Source: Candidatus Latescibacterota bacterium (GTDB taxonomy: Bacteria > Latescibacterota > UBA2968 > GCA-2709665). From it: 64,000 nt of DNA. Location: contig OZ242180.1 of NCBI GenBank assembly GCA_965205485.1, positions 640,001-704,000 on the forward strand. Reading direction: 5' to 3'. This document shows positions 58,030 through 64,000 of the stretch, piece by piece. A program made the position numbers and the translations under genes. The notes below the pieces were generated by a model. That model did not search any database. It was not told the origin of the DNA and saw nothing but the letters and a program-made list of their open reading frames with translations. Within the stretch, counting starts at the first letter, position 1. Every line of letters begins with the position of its first letter.

Positions 58030-59448
58030 ATGAAGCACCGAATTCTACCCTTTTTCTTTTTCTGTATACTCATTCCCGTCACAATTCAGGCCGCGACCGA
58101 ACGGCTGGTTCTGATCTCGCCCCATCCGGACGGCGTCCAGAACGAGTTTGAAGCGGCCTTCAAGTCCCACTATTCCAGGCTGACGGGCAGGGAGGTTGTC
58201 CTGGAATGGCTCGACGTCGGCGGTGGCACGAGCTCGATTCTGAGATACGTCAAATCGGAATTTCGCCGTGCGCCCGGCGGAATCGGTATCGACGTCTTCT
58301 TCGGCGGAGGCCTGGACCCGTTTATGGAAATCGCCGAGATGGGCCTCTGCTCTGCCCATCGCCTGCCTGAGGCCCTGCTGGATCGATTGCCACGAAAAAT
58401 CGGGGGCGTACCTCTGTTCGATCCGAACTATCGCTGGTACGGCGCCACCCTGGCCGGTTTCGGAATCGTGTACAACAGGGCCGTTCTCGACCTTGTGGAC
58501 CTGCCGGCCCCGCGGACCTGGGCCGACCTTGGAGATCCGGAGCTCTTTTCGTGGGTCGGGTCGGGAGATCCACGAAGCAGCGGCAGCGTACACATGGCCT
58601 ATGAGTTGATCCTTCAGGCATATGGCTGGGAGCGAGGCTGGGAGGTCATTACAACTCTGGGGGCCAATGTGCGCAATTTCACCTCGGGCGGCTCACAGGC
58701 GCCCAAGGACGTCGCCGTCGGCGAGGTGGCCTACGGCCTGTCCATCGACTTCTATGCCTGGGCCCAGGCCGGCCAGGTGGGGGAAGATTATATCGGATTC
58801 ACGATGCCCGACAACCTGACCATCGTCAATCCAGACGGGGTGGCCATCCTTAAAGGCGCATCCAACCTGCGGGCGGCAAGGCGTTTCGTCGAATTCGTCA
58901 TGTCGGACTCGGGCCAGAAACTCTGGTTTCTGAAAAAGGGTGTGCCGGGCGGCCCCCGGGAAACCGCGCTGAACCGGTTTACGGTATTGCCCGATCTCTA
59001 CCGGCGGTACCGCGATCAGGCCGCCGTTGCGTTGAACCCATTCGAGTGGAAGTCCGACCTCGTCTATGACTCGGAGAAGGCGTCAAACCGATGGCGCGTA
59101 TTGAACGACCTGATCGGCGTCATGGTGATCGATTCCCACCAGCAGCTTCAGACCGCATGGAAAACGGCGATTATGGAAGGAATAACCCCTGAGCGTGTTC
59201 GACGGCTCGCGAAAGTACCCGTCAGCGAAGAAGCCTGCGGCCGTCTGGGCCCCCGTTGGCGGGATGCAGAACTGCGCAACAGGACCCTGGCGTCATGGAC
59301 GGAATTCGCACGGAACAAATACGGAGTGTCAGAGCCTCCGTTTCGAAGGCGTCTTCTGGACAGGCTGACGCTCCTGTTCCCGTTGGGCCTTGCAGGCGCC
59401 ATGGTGATCTACCTCGCAAAGACATCGCTTCCCTCGTTCAGACGGTAA
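58030..59448 (+). CDS. ABC substrate-binding protein (AfuA/FbpA-like) with C-terminal membrane anchor
   Basis: ISPH, DVFFGGG, GIVYN, DPRSSGS, AILKGA; hydrophobic tail LTLLFPLGLAGAMVIYLAK. Confidence 0.85.
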   Translation: MKHRILPFFFFCILIPVTIQAATERLVLISPHPDGVQNEFEAAFKSHYSRLTGREVVLEWLDVGGGTSSILRYVKSEFRRAPGGIGIDVFFGGGLDPFMEIAEMGLCSAHRLPEALLDRLPRKIGGVPLFDPNYRWYGATLAGFGIVYNRAVLDLVDLPAPRTWADLGDPELFSWVGSGDPRSSGSVHMAYELILQAYGWERGWEVITTLGANVRNFTSGGSQAPKDVAVGEVAYGLSIDFYAWAQAGQVGEDYIGFTMPDNLTIVNPDGVAILKGASNLRAARRFVEFVMSDSGQKLWFLKKGVPGGPRETALNRFTVLPDLYRRYRDQAAVALNPFEWKSDLVYDSEKASNRWRVLNDLIGVMVIDSHQQLQTAWKTAIMEGITPERVRRLAKVPVSEEACGRLGPRWRDAELRNRTLASWTEFARNKYGVSEPPFRRRLLDRLTLLFPLGLAGAMVIYLAKTSLPSFRR

Positions 59449-59461
59449 CTCGCCCCCGGCC

Positions 59462-59702
59462 CCTCAGAAGCGGGTAGACGGTAGACGGAAGAAGGTAGTA
59501 GACCACACCCCGCCCCACCACCTGGTGAGACGTAAGCCGGGACAGGTTAGAGATCGCATGCCGCGTAAGATTTCCTGTCATTCCGCAGGCAAGACGGAGG
59601 AACACATCGGCAAGGGCTTCTTCTACCGTCTCACCGCTTCCGTCTCACCGCTTTTGGTCTACCCTCTACCCGCATTCTGGCTCTTTGTAGCCAATATGAC
59701 TG
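59462..59702. repeat. Heptamer-armed repeat element family B, copy 2
   Basis: Ends are the reverse complements of the ends of 27780-27970; GGTAGAC units on the left, TCTACC/TCTCACC units on the right. Confidence 0.75.
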
Positions 59703-59758
59703 TTGCCTTTCTTCGAATTGAGGCTAAAAACAGCCTCCAGAGGACATGAGGGCGTACC

Positions 59759-60985
59759 ATGGTGCGTGTTCGACTGCAGGACGTCACAAAACGATTCGGC
59801 AGCGTCGTCGCTGTTGAATGCGTGGATATCGAAATTGAGAAAGGCGAATTCTATTTCCTGCTGGGACCTTCCGGATGCGGCAAGACCACGTTGTTGAGAA
59901 CGGTCGCCGGATTCTACAGGCCGGAACGCGGACGCGTGTTTTTTGACGATCGGGACGTTACCGGTGTCCCGCCTGAAAAGCGAAACACTGGAATGGTCTT
60001 TCAGAACTACGCACTATGGCCCCATATGACGGTCTGGCAGAACGTTGTTGAGAACGGTCGCCGGATTCTACAGGCCGGAACGCGGACGCGTGTTTTTTGA
60101 CGATCGGGACGTTACCGGTGTCCCGCCTGAAAAGCGAAACACTGGAATGGTCTTTCAAAACTACGCACTATGGCCCCATATGTGGAGTACGGCCTTTCCC
60201 TGCGCGACATTGCGCCGCGAAAACGCGCCGATCGGATCCGGAGGGCGTTGCAGATGGTGAGAATGGAAGGCTACCGGGACCGGTCCCCCAATCAGCTGTC
60301 AGGCGGGCAGCAGCAGCGCGTGGCGCTGGCGCGGGCACTCGTGATCGAACCCGACGTGGTGTTGCTGGACGAACCGCTCTCCAATCTCGACGCACGGCTG
60401 CGGCTGGAGATGAGGGAACAGATCCAGGCGTTGCACCAGAGCCTGGGGATCACCATGATCTATGTCACGCACGACCAGAAAGAAGCGCTGGCGATGGCCA
60501 GCCGCGTCGCCGTGATGCAGGCGGGTCGGGTCGTGCAGTCCGGTTCTCCCAGGACGTTGTATTCGAAGCCGGCCAACCGGTTTGTCGCGGACTTCATCGG
60601 TGAAATCAACCTGATTTCGGGCAAGGTCGTTCTGATCGACGAGAACATCGGCGTCAAAACGGGGGTGGGTGTCCTGTACGGCGGGCCGGGCTACGACGGC
60701 ATCCGGAAAGGCGACCGTGTATTGTGCGCCATCCGCCCCGAGGCCATGGAATTCCACGCGGGCAGTCCGGGCGAGGCGGACCATGTCGTCGCCGGGACGG
60801 TCCGGAACGCGATATACCTGGGCGAAATGGAACAGTATGTTGTGGACCTTTCGGACGGAACTCAGGTGAAGCTCTTGGAGAGCCATCCGCGGGTCCGGAG
60901 AGCATTTCCCGGCGATCGCGTGAGCATCCGGTTTGCCCGGGACTCGATATCAATACTACGGGACGAAGGTGAAAACTCTGCTTGA
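59759..60985 (+). pseudogene. ABC ATPase (PotA/FbpC-like) interrupted by an internal duplication
   Basis: GPSGCGKT...FQNYALWPHM and LSGGQQQR, LLDEP lie in the same frame; removing 60045-60182 restores WPHMTVWQNVEYGL. Confidence 0.85.
59888..60182 (+). repeat. 141-bp direct repeat (59888-60028 and 60042-60182), one mismatch
   Basis: Identical except TTTCAGAAC vs TTTCAAAAC. Confidence 0.9.
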
Positions 60986-62663
60986 TCGATACGATCTGAC
61001 CGGGTCCAGGGTCCTCTTTCTGGCGGGACTGTCTGCCTTTTTTGTGTCTTTTCTGTTCTATCCGCTCTGGTACGCCGTTGTGCGAGCGCTGTGGGTGAAC
61101 GGAGAATTCTCGCTCGTTTTCTTTGAGTTGATGGCAGGCAATCCGGTCTACACGGAAATGATTCTGAACAGCTTCCGCCTCGGCATGTTCACCACAATCG
61201 CAACGACACTGCTGAGCCTTCCCGTCGCATTCCTGCTGGTACGATATGACTTCAGGGGCAAGAACGTCCTCAACGGTCTGATCCTGGTGCCCATGGTCCT
61301 CCCGCCGTTCGTGGGCGCGATCGGGATGAAACAGATGTTCGCCCGCTTCGGATCAATCAACCTTCTGCTGCTCGAGCTGGGTATCGTCGACCAGCCCATC
61401 GACTGGTTCGGCGGCGGGTTTACGGGTGTGGTCATTCTGCAGGTGCTGCACCTCTATCCCATTATGTTCCTGAACGTGGCCGCGGCGCTGGCGAACATCG
61501 ACCCCAGCCTCGAAGAGGCCGCCCGCAACATGGGGGCCCGAGGTTTCAGGCTGTTTCGAACCGTGACCTTTCCGCTGATGTTGCCTGGCTATTTCGCGGG
61601 TGCGATCATTGTTTTCATCTGGGCGTTTACCGACCTTGGTACACCGCTGATCTTCAACTATCGCCAGGTGGTGATGGTCGAGATATTCAACGCAATATCA
61701 GATATCAACGAAAATCCAATGGCGTATGCGCTCGTGGTTTTTCTGTTGTTGCTGACCGTGTTGTTTTTCTACCTGTCCAAGCTGATGCTGGGCAAGGGAC
61801 GGTACGAAATGGTTGCACGGGGACACGTGGGATCGGCCGTGCGCCGTGCTACGCCAGGGATGACCGCGTTTATCTACGGAGTAATGATCTCACTGACAGC
61901 CATCGCGCTGATCCCTCACCTGAGCGTATTCCTGACCTCGATCTCAGAGCGCTGGTTCATGTCGATCTGGCCGCAGGAAATCACAGGCAAGTACTATCCG
62001 CTCGTATATCGGCACCCGATCGCGGGCCCCAGTGTAACCATGAGCCTGATGCTGAGTTCTCTAAGTACGATTTGCGACGTGGTACTCGGCATATCCATAG
62101 CCTATCTGCTTGCCCGCACCCGGATCCCGTTCCGAGGCGCGCTGGATGCGGTCGCAATGCTGCCCCTGGCATTGCCTGGCCCGGTGCTGGCTTTCGGGTA
62201 TCTGGCCGGGTATTCCGGCACCTTTCTGGATGCAAGACACAATCCGGTGCCTCTGCTGGTTATCGCATACGCGGTGAGACGCCTGCCGTATATGGTCAGG
62301 TCTGCCTACGCCGGATTCCAGCAAAGCAGTGTCGCCCTTGAAGAAGCGGCCAGGAATCTGGGCGCTTCTCCCCTGCGCACGACTTTGCAGATTACCTTCC
62401 CGCTCATTCTCGCGAATCTGGTCGCGGGCGCCATTCTCTGTTTTTCCTTTGCCATGCTGGAAGTCAGCGACAGCCTGATACTTGCGTTGAAGACGCAGTA
62501 TTACCCCATTACCAAGGCCATCTACGCGCTGATGGGCAGGATTGCGGATGGGCCATACATCGCCAGCGCGATGGGGATGCTGGGCATGCTGCTTCTCATG
62601 CTCAGCCTCTTCCTGGCAGGACGCTTCCTGGGCCGGCGCATGGGGGAGTTGTTCCGTGCGTAG
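60969..62663 (+). CDS. Fe3+-type ABC transporter permease (FbpB-like)
   Basis: Two EEAARNxGA loops, multiple TM segments; GTG start overlapping the ATPase end. Confidence 0.9.
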   Translation: MKTLLDRYDLTGSRVLFLAGLSAFFVSFLFYPLWYAVVRALWVNGEFSLVFFELMAGNPVYTEMILNSFRLGMFTTIATTLLSLPVAFLLVRYDFRGKNVLNGLILVPMVLPPFVGAIGMKQMFARFGSINLLLLELGIVDQPIDWFGGGFTGVVILQVLHLYPIMFLNVAAALANIDPSLEEAARNMGARGFRLFRTVTFPLMLPGYFAGAIIVFIWAFTDLGTPLIFNYRQVVMVEIFNAISDINENPMAYALVVFLLLLTVLFFYLSKLMLGKGRYEMVARGHVGSAVRRATPGMTAFIYGVMISLTAIALIPHLSVFLTSISERWFMSIWPQEITGKYYPLVYRHPIAGPSVTMSLMLSSLSTICDVVLGISIAYLLARTRIPFRGALDAVAMLPLALPGPVLAFGYLAGYSGTFLDARHNPVPLLVIAYAVRRLPYMVRSAYAGFQQSSVALEEAARNLGASPLRTTLQITFPLILANLVAGAILCFSFAMLEVSDSLILALKTQYYPITKAIYALMGRIADGPYIASAMGMLGMLLLMLSLFLAGRFLGRRMGELFRA

Positions 62664-62682
62664 CAAAAGGAGAACATTGGAG

Positions 62683-63618
62683 ATGGTCTATATCGCTGTG
62701 ATCGTCCTGTTGATGCTCGCGGTTATATTCACTCTGACGCGTGAACGGGGAACGCGAGGTAGAGAGATTCCGGAAGGAGACGATGCACTGGCCGCAGACA
62801 TGGCGGACCTGGTGATCGAAGGCCGGAAGGAGTTCCTGCCCGTTGCCAGCCACCCGGTTTTGGAGGGTGTGCTTCGCGAATTGATGGACCGCCTGGGGAT
62901 AGAAGCAGAGCAGGTACTGGTCAATCGAGGCTTTGCGCGAACCGCGGGCGTGACACGCGTGGATGACGAAAGTACCAGAATTCTGAGGGTATTCGATCCT
63001 GCAGAAAACATGATGCAGGTTGTAGAACGGGCGTTTCTCGTGGGAATTCAGTTGGCGCGCGCCGACGATGACTACGCCGGTGTGGGCGATGACCACCTGG
63101 ACCTCGAGGCGCTGGTACGCAAGGCCGAAGCCATTGAAATGGATCTGTTCGGCGACGGGAAGCGCGATCGTTACGTATTCTACGGGAAGGCTGCCCTGGC
63201 GCTGCAGGATATGCTTCAGGATGAAAGAGAAGCCGCGCGACGGGAAGTCCTGCGAGGACTGCTGGAGATGGTCGACGCACAGATCAATGCCTGCCAGGAG
63301 GCGCTGGACAGGTCGATGGCGTACGTCCCCGAGCCGGATACGTTGAGGTGGGGCGACCGGAGGGATCGGCAGTTGTATTATTTCAAGATGGGCGTAACGA
63401 ATTCACTGAGACGAAGCGGACAGTTGGAGAGCCTGGGACATCTCTACCGGTACCGCGGGGTGAATTACGACGTCCTGGAAGCATATGACCTGGCGGCCCA
63501 GGAATGTCCGCAACTCTTCGCGGCGGATGTTATCGGGATCGATGGATTGCTGCGACTGGCGTCGGGAGAGGTCCGGGCGTTGGCGCGGAAGTCGCTGCCG
63601 GATGGCGGAAGGCGTTAG
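62683..63618 (+). CDS. Membrane-anchored hypothetical protein
   Basis: AGGAG SD, N-terminal TM, helical soluble body; no recognised motif. Confidence 0.65.
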   Translation: MVYIAVIVLLMLAVIFTLTRERGTRGREIPEGDDALAADMADLVIEGRKEFLPVASHPVLEGVLRELMDRLGIEAEQVLVNRGFARTAGVTRVDDESTRILRVFDPAENMMQVVERAFLVGIQLARADDDYAGVGDDHLDLEALVRKAEAIEMDLFGDGKRDRYVFYGKAALALQDMLQDEREAARREVLRGLLEMVDAQINACQEALDRSMAYVPEPDTLRWGDRRDRQLYYFKMGVTNSLRRSGQLESLGHLYRYRGVNYDVLEAYDLAAQECPQLFAADVIGIDGLLRLASGEVRALARKSLPDGGRR

Positions 63619-63643
63619 TGTACTGTTTCGGAGTACAATGAGC

Positions 63644-63678
63644 GAAAGCCGCCACGCGTGCGTGGCGGCTCTTTTTTT
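63644..63678. terminator. Intrinsic terminator between convergent genes
   Basis: AGCCGCCACG-CGTG-CGTGGCGGCT followed by CTTTTTTT. Confidence 0.8.
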
Positions 63679-63957
63679 CTACGTTGCCCTGCGGGCATTT
63701 TCGTAATAGGGACGAACGCGTTCGATGACCTCCGTATCGAGTTTGCATTCAGACACGATTTTCGTGAACTCCTCTGCCGGCAAGCCGAGTTCCTCCAGGA
63801 ACTTCTGGTCGGCCGGTCAGGGGTAGACGTAGTCGCCGATGTTGTTCTGCAGCATCGCCCGGGCCTTGTCCGTAATCCTCGGCAGCCATGGGATGCCGCC
63901 CATCGCAAGCGTTCTGCCCCGCGGGCGGAATTCGATGGATTCGTGCATGGTATCCAT
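63679..63957 (-). CDS. DUF5069-like small protein with in-frame UGA (candidate selenoprotein, 92 aa)
   Basis: AAGGAG SD, ATG 63957: MDTMHESIEFRPRGRTLAMGGIPWLPRITDKARAMLQNNIGDYVYP-UGA-PADQKFLEELGLPAEEFTKIVSECKLDTEVIERVRPYYENARRAT-TAG. Confidence 0.8.
63777..63816 (-). promoter_or_regulatory. Candidate bacterial SECIS hairpin directly 3' of the UGA
   Basis: CCGGC...AGTTCC-TGGA-GGAACT...GCCGG; apical loop begins 19 nt after UGA with G at loop position 2. Confidence 0.6.
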
Positions 63958-64000
63958 CTGTTCGGCTCCTTTCCGAATGGTTGTTGGACAATTTAAAGAA

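Noticed and set aside
63615..63996. ORF-track calls 63615-63908, 63658-63996 and 63749-63991
   Set aside because: They are alternative frames over the UGA-containing gene, which has the SD, family similarity and terminator.

Overview
GC-rich (about 60% by eye) bacterial chromosomal window. Its gene content (EF-hand/dockerin-tagged secreted protein, paired PQQ-type propellers, many Gfo/Idh/MocA dehydrogenases) suggests a Latescibacterota-like uncultured lineage; this is inference only. It holds housekeeping genes (hemL, uvrA, rfbB/rfbC, bioF, TrmJ-like methylase), a minus-strand accessory tract at about 20.8-30.2 kb, a dehydrogenase/aminotransferase/deacylase catabolic cluster at 34-46 kb, secreted-protein genes and an Fe3+-type ABC operon. 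Three items stand out. (1) A 92-codon DUF5069-like gene at 63679-63957(-), missed by the ORF track, has an in-frame UGA where the family has a Cys, followed by a SECIS-like hairpin: a candidate new selenoprotein. (2) A single ORF fuses apolipoprotein N-acyltransferase (Lnt) to TatC. (3) A 66-nt tRNA-like gene lacking the D-loop (UUG anticodon, encoded CCA, own promoter and terminator) lies divergent from hemL. Several small non-autonomous repeat families are present, one with a core flipped relative to its arms. Three homopolymer frameshifts and a 141-bp duplication show that the assembly may contain errors, so single-base claims need read-level confirmation. Family assignments come from motif recognition, not database searches.
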